Below, piece by piece: positions 35,480 to 44,809 of a DNA stretch of 64,000 bases. A model generated the notes under the pieces. The model saw only the letters and a list, made by a program, of their open reading frames with translations. It was not told where the DNA came from and did no database searches. Each line of letters starts with the position of its first letter. The first letter of the stretch is position 1. A program made the position numbers and the translations under genes. Source of the stretch: Clostridia bacterium (GTDB lineage: Bacteria > Bacillota > Clostridia > UBA1381); the NCBI GenBank assembly GCA_045647245.1, contig JAZRMB010000025.1, positions 12,285-76,284 of the forward strand. The letters run 5' to 3'.

Positions 35480-36996
35480 TGTCGTTCACCTCGCATTGTA
35501 TATCGCTTATAAGCGTTATTGTAGATTTCAAGATATCTTTTTATTCCGCGTGCTTCAAGCTCTTTTAAGTACAAATCGAAGTTTTCAAGCGGTTCAACTC
35601 CGAGTACAAATTTTAAAAACATATCATCAACATACTCATTTATTGTGGTTGAGAAAACAGAAACCTCAAACTGTTCCGAATCGATAAATGTAATTGGGGG
35701 AATTACTGTGCTTTCAAAGGGCTGAGAGCTCCAAAGCTCAAATGCTTCCTTCTGTGCGGTGTGGGTAAAGTACTGGTCAAGATATCCACGCATCTGTATA
35801 AACGGACCGCTTAAGTGTCCGAGTATATATTTTCTTAAAGTAACAGTGTCTGCAACCTGATTTCCCTGAATAATCAAATCGGTATACACAGGTTCGTTAG
35901 CCTTTAACTGATAGCTTTCGCCTTCCGTTCCGAAATTGTATGTAAGCATTCCTTTGTCGCTGTAGCCGTAATCAAGAAGGCGTGCGGCAAGCTCAATGTT
36001 TTTACAGTTTTTTGTAATGGCGTACTGGCAGTAGTCGTTGTCGTAATATCCGAAACGGTTTACTTCGCCTTTGTTTAAAACAGGGTATGGGACGGCTGTA
36101 AGCTCGATATCAATACCATTTTCGGCACAATAAGCGTATATCTGCCCCATACCGCTTCCGATAGGCAGAGCAAAGGCACCGCTTTTTCCGGAACATATTT
36201 TGTATCTTGTGTCAGAATCGCCGGAGAATGAAGGAGTTTTTCCTAACAGTCCGTTTGTATACCATCTGTTTAAAAGGGTAAGATACTCAAGATACTGCTG
36301 TTCGTAGGGGCCAAAATGAACACTGCCGTTATCTACATAGAATGAATTGCCTATACCGAATGCACCTGCAAGCGGACTTGAAGCAAACGGCGTTATAATA
36401 TTTGCCAGAGGATGAGATGCGCCAAGCTTATCCTTGAAAAGTGTGAGAGCTTCTTCCCATTCCGAAATTGTTTCGGGTACGGGAAGGGAAAGTGCATCAA
36501 GCCAGTCCTTTCGGAAAAAAGGTCCTTCGTAAATCTTCATGGCATCCTCTTCTCGGATGAAGGGGTATGCATAGTAGTTTCCGTTATCGGATGTTATATC
36601 CTTTTTTATGTCCGGATGCTCGCCGATATACCTTTTCAGGTTAGGTGAGTATGAATCAATTACATCGTTTAGCGGAATAATTATTCCGTCGGAAATTGCC
36701 TTCTCCGGACCTCCCGGATAGTCATTCCAGGGGTAGGCTATAATGTCAGGCAGGTTTGATGATGCAAGTCTCGATAAAAGCTCCGGATAATAGTTGCTGT
36801 TATTATAATTTATAAATTTAACGTCAATCCCGGTCTTTTCTCTGATTTCATCTGCTATACTGGAAGAATCCGATATGTGCTGAAAAAGGAATACCAGATG
36901 TTCATTTTGGGATTGTTCACTATCGCCTTTTTGCGCACAGGAGGCAAAAAGCATAGTGCCGAGTACTGCAAAAAGGCAAAAATATGATTTTTTCAT
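35476..36996 (-). CDS. ABC sugar transporter solute-binding lipoprotein (large LplA-like family 1 SBP)
   Basis: Lipobox LFASC; 506 aa; typical extracellular SBP length and composition. Lies next to the permease pair. Confidence 0.8.
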   Translation of the reverse strand: MKKSYFCLFAVLGTMLFASCAQKGDSEQSQNEHLVFLFQHISDSSSIADEIREKTGIDVKFINYNNSNYYPELLSRLASSNLPDIIAYPWNDYPGGPEKAISDGIIIPLNDVIDSYSPNLKRYIGEHPDIKKDITSDNGNYYAYPFIREEDAMKIYEGPFFRKDWLDALSLPVPETISEWEEALTLFKDKLGASHPLANIITPFASSPLAGAFGIGNSFYVDNGSVHFGPYEQQYLEYLTLLNRWYTNGLLGKTPSFSGDSDTRYKICSGKSGAFALPIGSGMGQIYAYCAENGIDIELTAVPYPVLNKGEVNRFGYYDNDYCQYAITKNCKNIELAARLLDYGYSDKGMLTYNFGTEGESYQLKANEPVYTDLIIQGNQVADTVTLRKYILGHLSGPFIQMRGYLDQYFTHTAQKEAFELWSSQPFESTVIPPITFIDSEQFEVSVFSTTINEYVDDMFLKFVLGVEPLENFDLYLKELEARGIKRYLEIYNNAYKRYTMRGERQ

Positions 36997-37033
36997 AAAT
37001 GTTGCTCCTTATTTACCATAACAGGTACTTTTA

Positions 37034-37062
37034 CATTGTACCATAAATAATATGTACGGTCA
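37034..37062 (-). promoter_or_regulatory. candidate promoter of SBP gene 35476-36996
   Basis: On the minus strand: TTGACC (37062-37057), 17 nt spacer, TACAAT (37039-37034), with an upstream TG (extended -10). Confidence 0.45.
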
Positions 37063-37070
37063 ATAAAAAC

Positions 37071-37120
37071 TAAAGGCTGATGGTGTATTGTGTGAAAATA
37101 ATATACACCATCAGCCTTTT
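37071..37120. terminator. terminator hairpin after SBP gene 37130-38743
   Basis: aaaggctgatggtgtat ... atacaccatcagccttt is a 17-bp stem with flanking T/A runs. Confidence 0.7.
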
Positions 37121-37129
37121 TAAACCGAC

Positions 37130-38743
37130 TTAGTTTTTGCTTGTAAATCTGTCGTAAGCCTGTTGTTTGATTTTAATTGCATCCTCAATTCCCATCTTTT
37201 TGAGGGTCTCAAAGTATGTATCAAAGTTTTCCAACGGCTCAACGCCTGCAATGAACTTGTGAACCATTTCCATCTCATAGGTTGCAATGTCCTGCATGAT
37301 TTTGCCGTACTCTTCACTTTCCTCTTCTGTCATTGAAAGGTAAGGCATAGAATATACGGTTGCATCGGTATCTGACCAAAGTGTTAAGGCTTCACGCTGA
37401 ATCGGATTTGTCATATACTGATTTGAGTAACGCACATCCTGAACAAACGGGCCGTCGCTGTATGCTCTTAAATACTTACTCATCGCCTGATTGATTGCGA
37501 TACCGCCGTTTTTCTCTAAATCTACAATCTCGGGAGTATAAATCGGCTCGCCGTCTACCATATTATATGAAACGCCTTCCTTACCGAAGTTGTAAAGCAT
37601 ATGACCTGCCTCGGAATATCCGAAATCAAGGAAACGAACTGCAACCTCGGGGTTCTCGCACTGTGTTGAAATAGCCGTACATACGTTAAGAAGCGGCTGA
37701 TTCTTCTGACCTGTCATCGGACGTGCATCTGCAGTAGCTGCAGGGTAGGGAATGGGGATTAAGTCAACCTCTGAATTCTCTATTGCGGGGAGCCACTTAC
37801 CGAACTCACCGCCGCAGGTACAGAATGTTGCACCGATATCGCCGTTTATCATACCTGAATTATAAGCTGCCGATTCAATGTTGCTGAAGTTGTTATCAAG
37901 GATGCCGTCCTTGTACCAAGTGTTTAGCTGTGTGATATATTCCTTGAACTCAGGCATATACGGACCGTATTTAACGGTTTCGCCATCGTGGAAGAAGTCA
38001 TTTATAATTCCGAAGCAGCCTGCAAAGGGAGATACCATTCTGTAATGTGCTTCGCCAAGACGCATTGAAAGCGGAATTTTAACTCCCTGCTCCTTGAAGG
38101 AACGAAGTACCTTGTCCCAGTCCTCGATTGTTTTAGGAATATCAAGACCTGCCTTGTCAAGCAAATCCTTTCTTAAAATGAATCCCATATAGGTTGCAAG
38201 TCTGTCATCGCCGAGGATGAACGGATAAGCAAAGTAGGAGCTGTCATCGGTTGTGCACTGTGCCTTTACCTCGGGGCGTTCCTCCATAACCTTTTTGAAG
38301 TTGGGGGAAACCTTGTCGATATAGTCGTTAAGTCTTAAAATGATTCCTTCGTCAATAGCATTTTGAGCACCGCCCGGATATGTAAGCCAACCGCTTTCGA
38401 TAAGGTCGGGTAAATCCATGGATGCAATCATCAGGTTGAACGCCTCATTTTGCTGACCTACTGAAGGATGTATAAAGTTAATTGATACGCCGGTTGCTTC
38501 TTCTAACATATCATGAAGCGGTGTATCATTCATACTTCCCGTATACGATGCAACGGGGCCGGGAATAGCAACCCAGTAATCAAGTGTATAATCTGTTTCG
38601 ATAGGATAGGTGTCCGATGTAGTCGGAACAAAATTTGAACTGTCCTGTACAACAGGTGTTTTTGTGGTTGTGCCTGCACAGCCCGAGAGAATTGAAAGTG
38701 CAAGAGCCGCACAAAATAAACGTGACTTCTTCATTTGATTCAT
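37130..38743 (-). CDS. ABC sugar transporter solute-binding lipoprotein (LplA-like)
   Basis: Lipobox ILSGC; 537 aa; paralogous to 35476-36996 (shared ...AYPF..., ...TLW..., ...FIAGVEPLENFD... blocks). Confidence 0.8.
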   Translation of the reverse strand: MNQMKKSRLFCAALALSILSGCAGTTTKTPVVQDSSNFVPTTSDTYPIETDYTLDYWVAIPGPVASYTGSMNDTPLHDMLEEATGVSINFIHPSVGQQNEAFNLMIASMDLPDLIESGWLTYPGGAQNAIDEGIILRLNDYIDKVSPNFKKVMEERPEVKAQCTTDDSSYFAYPFILGDDRLATYMGFILRKDLLDKAGLDIPKTIEDWDKVLRSFKEQGVKIPLSMRLGEAHYRMVSPFAGCFGIINDFFHDGETVKYGPYMPEFKEYITQLNTWYKDGILDNNFSNIESAAYNSGMINGDIGATFCTCGGEFGKWLPAIENSEVDLIPIPYPAATADARPMTGQKNQPLLNVCTAISTQCENPEVAVRFLDFGYSEAGHMLYNFGKEGVSYNMVDGEPIYTPEIVDLEKNGGIAINQAMSKYLRAYSDGPFVQDVRYSNQYMTNPIQREALTLWSDTDATVYSMPYLSMTEEESEEYGKIMQDIATYEMEMVHKFIAGVEPLENFDTYFETLKKMGIEDAIKIKQQAYDRFTSKN

Positions 38744-38751
38744 CCTTTCTT

Positions 38752-38928
38752 TTTTGAATAAAAGTCATATTGTTGCGAATTAAATGTTTTTGTACCATTC
38801 GGGGACGGCTCCTGACAGACTTTGTTAGTCTTTTGGTCTAAAAAAGTTTTTTGGACCAAAACAGGACCGTCCCCATTTGGGAATGGGGCAAAAATATTTA
38901 ATTTGCAATTGACTTTTGAATAAAAGTC
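38752..38928. repeat. hairpin element flanked by a 15-bp direct repeat
   Basis: TTTTGAATAAAAGTC occurs at 38752-38766 and 38914-38928. Inside are inverted termini (attgttgcgaattaaat / atttaatttgcaattgac) and a long GC-rich stem ggggacgg...ccgtcccc. Confidence 0.65.
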
Positions 38929-39135
38929 TTTAATTATATTATATATATTAAATAGGAAAATTTCAATTCACAATATGCCGTATTGTATACACAAAATGTT
39001 AAGAATGTCGCTAAATGGTGCGGATTTAACAAATAGTAGATAGATTCCAACATTTTGTGAATTGAACTTTTTATAAGGGGCGTGTTATAATGTGTATGAT
39101 AAAATAAGCGACATATATGAAAGGGTGACTTAATA

Positions 39136-40086
39136 ATGAAACAGACGGCAACAAAAGAATATAAGCCTGTCCGAAAATATTCATTAGAAAATATCAGAAG
39201 GGATTTTAAGAAAAATTATTCGATATATATTCTTATACTTCCCGTGTTATTGTTCTATCTCTATTTTTGCTACGGACCGATGTACGGTGCAATTATCGCC
39301 TTTAAGGATTTTAGCCCTGCAAGAGGAATAATGGGAAGTAAGTGGGTTGGCTTTGAACATTTTGTTGATTTCTTTGAAAGTATATATTTCGGCAGAGTGC
39401 TGAAAAATACGCTTTCAATAAATATTATGAATCTTCTGTTCGGATTCCCGGCACCGATTATTTTAGCTCTTTTAATAAATGAGATTTCGCGTAAATGGTT
39501 TGCACGTACCATACAGACGATTACATATCTTCCGCACTTTATCTCACTTGTGGTAATGTGCAGTATGATAAAAGTATTTACGGGCCCGAACGGAATAATC
39601 GGCGAGGCTGTAGGTAAGATGATGGGAATAAATACAAGCTTGTTGTCGGTAGGAAAGCTTTTTGCACCGATATATGTCATATCGGATATATGGCAGCAGG
39701 TTGGCTGGAACTCTATTCTCTACCTTTCGGCGCTCGCAGGTATAGATCAGGGACTTTATGAGGCGGCAACCATTGACGGTGCAGGACGCTGGAAGCAGAC
39801 CATTCACGTTACAATCCCCTGTATTATGCCTACAATAATAGTAATGTTTATATTAAGAATGGGTTCAATGCTCAGCGTCGGCTATGAAAAGATAATTCTT
39901 CTCTACAGCCCCATGATATACGATACCAGCGATGTTATATCATCCTACGTATACCGAAGCGGTCTCCAGGAATTCAAATACGACTACGCAAGTGCCGTCG
40001 GACTCTTCAACTCCGTCATAAACTTCGCCCTTGTGTTGTCAATGAATATGCTGAGTAAGAAATACAACGAAACAAGCTTATGGTAA
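39136..40086 (+). CDS. carbohydrate ABC transporter permease (LplB-like)
   Basis: 316 aa, 6 TM. EAA loop is YEAATIDGAGRWKQTIHVTIP. Confidence 0.9.
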   Translation: MKQTATKEYKPVRKYSLENIRRDFKKNYSIYILILPVLLFYLYFCYGPMYGAIIAFKDFSPARGIMGSKWVGFEHFVDFFESIYFGRVLKNTLSINIMNLLFGFPAPIILALLINEISRKWFARTIQTITYLPHFISLVVMCSMIKVFTGPNGIIGEAVGKMMGINTSLLSVGKLFAPIYVISDIWQQVGWNSILYLSALAGIDQGLYEAATIDGAGRWKQTIHVTIPCIMPTIIVMFILRMGSMLSVGYEKIILLYSPMIYDTSDVISSYVYRSGLQEFKYDYASAVGLFNSVINFALVLSMNMLSKKYNETSLW

Positions 40087-40310
40087 ATTATAATTTAGCT
40101 GTCGCTAAATTAGTTAGGAGTTAGGAGTGTGGAGTTAGGAGTTATGGTAGAAAACCTTGCGGTTTTCAGATATTTAATATTGAGAAATGCGAAGCATTTC
40201 TTTATCAATCATTTCAAAAGCGTAAGCTTTTGTACATTAACTCCTAACTCCTAATTCCAAACTTCTAACTATTATAATTTCTCGCTCGAAGAGCGACAAA
40301 TTATAATTTA
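40085..40310. repeat. A-type nested-hairpin element inserted between the two permease genes
   Basis: Starts inside the TAA stop of the upstream permease (tggTAAATTATAATTT) and ends 17 nt before the next ATG. It has full arms of TTAGGAG heptamers and three core hairpins. Confidence 0.85.
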
Positions 40311-40327
40311 GAAAGGAATGTATAAAA

Positions 40328-41260
40328 ATGGTAAATACCAAAACAAAATCAAGAATTGCATTTGAAATATTCAATGTTATTTTTATGATAGCACTGGCGC
40401 TTGCGTGCCTTTATCCGATGCTGTACGTTGTATTTGCATCATTCAGTCAGCCCAATGATTTTATTGCACATTCGGGATTGCTTTTAAAGCCTCTCGGGTT
40501 TGATACTATATCATATGAAAGAGCATTCAGCCATCCGATGATATTGACGGGCTATAAAAATACGTTATTTGTGCTTGTTATCGGAACGTTGATAAGCTTT
40601 CTGTTAACAGCAATCGGCGCATACTTCCTCTCGCAGAAGGATATTTTGTGGCAGAAGGTAATTTCATTCTTTATAATTTTCACAATGTTCTTCTCGGGCG
40701 GTCTTATTCCTACATATTTCTCGGTAAAGAATTTTGCAATTCTCCTTCCCTGGTTTGAAAAAGGAGCATTTGTGTGGAAGAGTGTCGGAATATTTAATAC
40801 AATCTGGGCACTCATAATTCCCACAGCGATAAGCACATATAATATGATTGTACTGCGTACCGGATTTATGGCACTTCCCGACAGCTTGATAGAGTCGGCA
40901 AAGCTTGATGGTGCAGGTCATATCAGAATACTTTTCACAATAGTAATCCCTCTTGCAAAGGCAAGTGTTGCGGTTATAATTCTTTATTACGGAGTAGGCT
41001 ACTGGAACTCGTGGTTTAACGCCTCCATATACCTTTCCGATAATAAGCTTTTCCCGCTGCAGCTTGTTCTTCGTCAGATACTTTTAATAAATTCCGAAAG
41101 TGCAATGACGAGCGGCGTGGATTTGGGTGACCAGATGGCTGTGAGCGAAACAATCAAGTATGCGGTAATCGTTATAGCAACACTTCCTATTCTCTGTATC
41201 TATCCGCTTCTTCAGAAGTATTTTGTAAGCGGCGTTATGATAGGAGCGGTTAAAGGATGA
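40328..41260 (+). CDS. carbohydrate ABC transporter permease (LplC-like)
   Basis: 310 aa, 6 TM. EAA loop is IESAKLDGAGHIRILFTIVIP. Confidence 0.9.
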   Translation: MVNTKTKSRIAFEIFNVIFMIALALACLYPMLYVVFASFSQPNDFIAHSGLLLKPLGFDTISYERAFSHPMILTGYKNTLFVLVIGTLISFLLTAIGAYFLSQKDILWQKVISFFIIFTMFFSGGLIPTYFSVKNFAILLPWFEKGAFVWKSVGIFNTIWALIIPTAISTYNMIVLRTGFMALPDSLIESAKLDGAGHIRILFTIVIPLAKASVAVIILYYGVGYWNSWFNASIYLSDNKLFPLQLVLRQILLINSESAMTSGVDLGDQMAVSETIKYAVIVIATLPILCIYPLLQKYFVSGVMIGAVKG

Positions 41261-44200
41261 TTAAGAAATTATCAACGGCAGTTCTTTCGGCGGCTATGCT
41301 GTGTGCTGCTATGGGCAGCGTGTTTGCCGAAAGTGGTGAGATACCGATAGGTGTCAGTGTTAAATCTGCATCGCCCGCAGTTTCGGACAATCGGCTGTCT
41401 GATGAAAATTCAAATACCAAGTGGTCGGTAAGCGGCAGATGGGATTATGAGATTTTCTCAAATGTTCTTCTTAATATAAAAAAAGACGGCACACACGTTA
41501 AATTTTCACATAGCGGAGCACAATGGGCAAGACCTATGCTTTTTGACGGTATAGGGGACAGCGCAGAGGGAAAGCAATATGAAAATGCGTGGTATGATAC
41601 GGCGAGAAATGCGGACCGTTGGATTGAACTTCAGCTTGACAAGCCTGAGAAGGTAAACAGTCTTTTGTTTACAAGTGCTATGAGTCACAGCAGCTCCGGT
41701 CAGGTTAAAAATCTTATCGTGCAGTATAAAAATCTTGCCGGCGAGTGGATTGATGCATATTCGGTCACAGACAACCTGCAAAAAACGCTGACGTCAACCT
41801 TTGATACGGTGGAGTCTGATTGCTTCAGATTTTATTTCCCTACAACAGAGGCTGTCAGAATAAGAGAAATGAGTCTTTCCTTTGCAAAGGATGAAACCGC
41901 TGATTATGATGTCAGGGAAAATCTTCTTTATACGATACCTGCATCAAAAATCAAGGTGTCCGACGGTGAGATTCCGCTAAAGACAGCTCTTGCAGACGGA
42001 AAACGTGAGAGTGCGGACGGCAACGGAAGCACAAAATGGTTTGTTATTTCGCCGTACGGTACAAGTTATATAGAATATGACCTCGGCTTTAACCACAGCT
42101 TTGACACCCTTCGTGTTACAAGCGGATATGACAGCGGTCTGCAAATTATAGACAGCTATTATCTTATGTACCATGATGGTACGGCGTGGAAGAAGTTAGA
42201 GGGGAGTGAAGTAGTCGGAAACTCAAAAAAGATTTCCGAAATATCATTCAATAAGCTTTCCGCAAGCAAAATAAGAATTGCAACCAACACAAAAAATGCA
42301 TTCAGAATTCAGGAAATAGAGCTGTTTGATTCGGAATATAAAACGCAATATGATATGCCGATAAATCCTGCATATATTGAAGCAGAGACGAACAGCACAA
42401 TAAACACTCTTGTTTTTGAAGGCGACGGAATAAAGAATGTACGGCTTTTCAGTAAAGCTGATACGGCATCCGAATATGAGGCGGTAAGCATAAAAAGAGA
42501 GATATGTTCAGACGGTTTCACATCATACAGCTTTGATGAAACAAAGGGCAAGTATCTCAAAATTGAGTTTTGTTGTGATAATTTCAATCTTTCCGAAATA
42601 AAAGCATACAATACCGATGATATTTTATTTATGAGCAATCCGGAAGTTAGCAATGGCGTGTATGAATTTACATTGCCGACCGGAAAAAGCTTTGATACTG
42701 TAGATATATATTTTGATACCGACATCGCTGCTGAAGCTGATGCAATAATATCGGCAGGCACAGACGGAGTGTATAAAGCTTATAAAGCACTTAACAAAAG
42801 TATCAAAAACGGTTGTATGCATATAGAAACCGGAAGTATAAGTGCCCAAAAGCTTAAGGTTTTCACAAACGGAATGAAGGTTAGTGAAATAAGGGCATAT
42901 GATTCAAAAACTCAAAAAGTACCGGAAGAACAGCCCCCGGCTCTTTATAAAGGCTTTTTTGAGGAATATCCCACAGAGCTTAATATTCAGCCTGAGCTTG
43001 AATTTACCAAAACGCCTGATATTGGTAAATTCAGAGTAGTACCCGATGCAGAAACAAAGGTTACTGTAAATGGTACAAAAGCTGTTATCTCCTTCCCGAA
43101 GGGACTTGAGGGAAACAAAGAATACAAAATATATTATAATAATACTTTAGCGGCAAGCTTTGCTACCTTGCCTCTTGTTGAAGCAATAGGAAAATCTCTG
43201 ACCGATAAAAACGGCATTGCAGTTGCAAAGCTTGTTCCGGGCGGTGAATATACCTTTAAAGCGACAATAAAGAATAACGGACGATATAAGGATAATGCAA
43301 AAAAGGGAAGAGTATATTTTGTTCTTACCGAAAAGCTTTCGGGCAGAATTACGGCTCTTAAATTTGCGCCTTTTGATGTTCAATATCAGAGGGGGCAGGA
43401 AATATCAATTCCCCTTACTGCAAACGATGAAAGCAACGATTTTGCAGTTTATATCTGGGATGATAAAAACTCACCCTATACCGAAAAAATAAGTTTTGAA
43501 AATCTTTATTCGTCAAGTGCAAAGCCGTATGCATATTTTAACCGCAGTGAGTCACCGTATAAGGTGAGGTCACAAAATACAGAGGTTGAAGTTAAGGTTG
43601 CCGAAGAAGGAGATTTTGTTCATATTATATCGGATAGTGAAACAACTGTAGATATCATATATGAAGGAAAAATTTCATCAGCAGTTATAAGACCGCTTTC
43701 AAAGAATGTTGCCTTTGAACAAAATCAAAACACATTAAGCTTTAAGGCAACTCCCGGCAATTACTACAGCGTTGAAATAAACGGAAACGAAACAAGACCA
43801 TTACTTGTTTTCTGTGATAAAAAACAGCCTTTGCCCGAAGGCGATACAATAATTTTTAAAAACGGCGGTACATATGAAGTCGGAAGTTTAAAAATAGGAA
43901 GCGGACAGAACATTTATATAGAAGAAAATGCTGTGGTGCGTGGTAAAATAACAGTCGGGAATGCCGATGGCGTAAAAATTTGCGGCAACGGAACGTTAAT
44001 TGCCGATACCTTCGACCAATGTATTGGTGTTTCAAAATCAAAAAATGTTTACCTTTCGGGTATCACCGCTATGAATTGTGGTGACTGGGGTACGGTATTT
44101 ACCGATTCAGAAAATATACAAATAAATGGTTACAAGCTAATCGGTGCCCAAATGTATTCGGATGGTATCGACCTTGTTAATTGTGTGAATGTCGGAATTG

Positions 44201-44775
44201 ACAATGTGTTTATAAAAAATAACGATGACAGCATCTGTATAAAGCTTCAAGATGGTCACAGCCATAAGGGTTCGGAGAATATTACCGTTGAAAATTCCAC
44301 AATATGGAGCGGTAAGCACGGGAATTCACTTGAAATAGGCTATGAATTAAATGGCGATTATGTAAGAAATGTTACATATAAGAATATAGATGTAATCCAC
44401 CGTGAAATCACAGACTACTCCTTCAGGCGTGCGGCAATTGCCATACATCACGCAGGCAGAGCGGCAGTTTCCGACATAACATACGAGGATATAAGGGTTG
44501 AGGAAACGGACGAAGAGCTTGTGCATATAGAGCTTCTTGACCATGACCAGTTTGGCAGATGCACAGGCTCGGTAAGCAATGTTAATATAAATAATCTTGC
44601 GTATCTCGGGAATTCTGCTAAAAGCACTGTGCGTGACAGCTCTTATGGAGGAAAAGGTCTTGCGGTCACCTTCAAGGGGCTCACAATCGGAGGAAAAACA
44701 ATCACAAATCTTACCGAAGCAAAAAACAACGGCTTTACCGTTTCGGGAACAAATCAAGTGTCATTTATTAAATGA
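41257..44775 (+). CDS. secreted multi-discoidin (F5/8 type C-like) protein with C-terminal right-handed beta-helix glycoside hydrolase domain (GH28-like)
   Basis: Signal peptide ...SVFA-ES. Repeated modules contain NTKW / GNGSTKWFV ... FRIQEIELF. The C-terminal region (about 43504-44775) has YSDGIDLVNC, NNDDSICIK and SGKHGNSLEIGYE motifs of pectin-lyase-fold hydrolases. ATGA overlap with the permease gene. Confidence 0.75.
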   Translation: MIKKLSTAVLSAAMLCAAMGSVFAESGEIPIGVSVKSASPAVSDNRLSDENSNTKWSVSGRWDYEIFSNVLLNIKKDGTHVKFSHSGAQWARPMLFDGIGDSAEGKQYENAWYDTARNADRWIELQLDKPEKVNSLLFTSAMSHSSSGQVKNLIVQYKNLAGEWIDAYSVTDNLQKTLTSTFDTVESDCFRFYFPTTEAVRIREMSLSFAKDETADYDVRENLLYTIPASKIKVSDGEIPLKTALADGKRESADGNGSTKWFVISPYGTSYIEYDLGFNHSFDTLRVTSGYDSGLQIIDSYYLMYHDGTAWKKLEGSEVVGNSKKISEISFNKLSASKIRIATNTKNAFRIQEIELFDSEYKTQYDMPINPAYIEAETNSTINTLVFEGDGIKNVRLFSKADTASEYEAVSIKREICSDGFTSYSFDETKGKYLKIEFCCDNFNLSEIKAYNTDDILFMSNPEVSNGVYEFTLPTGKSFDTVDIYFDTDIAAEADAIISAGTDGVYKAYKALNKSIKNGCMHIETGSISAQKLKVFTNGMKVSEIRAYDSKTQKVPEEQPPALYKGFFEEYPTELNIQPELEFTKTPDIGKFRVVPDAETKVTVNGTKAVISFPKGLEGNKEYKIYYNNTLAASFATLPLVEAIGKSLTDKNGIAVAKLVPGGEYTFKATIKNNGRYKDNAKKGRVYFVLTEKLSGRITALKFAPFDVQYQRGQEISIPLTANDESNDFAVYIWDDKNSPYTEKISFENLYSSSAKPYAYFNRSESPYKVRSQNTEVEVKVAEEGDFVHIISDSETTVDIIYEGKISSAVIRPLSKNVAFEQNQNTLSFKATPGNYYSVEINGNETRPLLVFCDKKQPLPEGDTIIFKNGGTYEVGSLKIGSGQNIYIEENAVVRGKITVGNADGVKICGNGTLIADTFDQCIGVSKSKNVYLSGITAMNCGDWGTVFTDSENIQINGYKLIGAQMYSDGIDLVNCVNVGIDNVFIKNNDDSICIKLQDGHSHKGSENITVENSTIWSGKHGNSLEIGYELNGDYVRNVTYKNIDVIHREITDYSFRRAAIAIHHAGRAAVSDITYEDIRVEETDEELVHIELLDHDQFGRCTGSVSNVNINNLAYLGNSAKSTVRDSSYGGKGLAVTFKGLTIGGKTITNLTEAKNNGFTVSGTNQVSFIK

Positions 44776-44809
44776 AAATAAATTATAAAAAAGGAAAGGA
44801 CGAGGTAAA

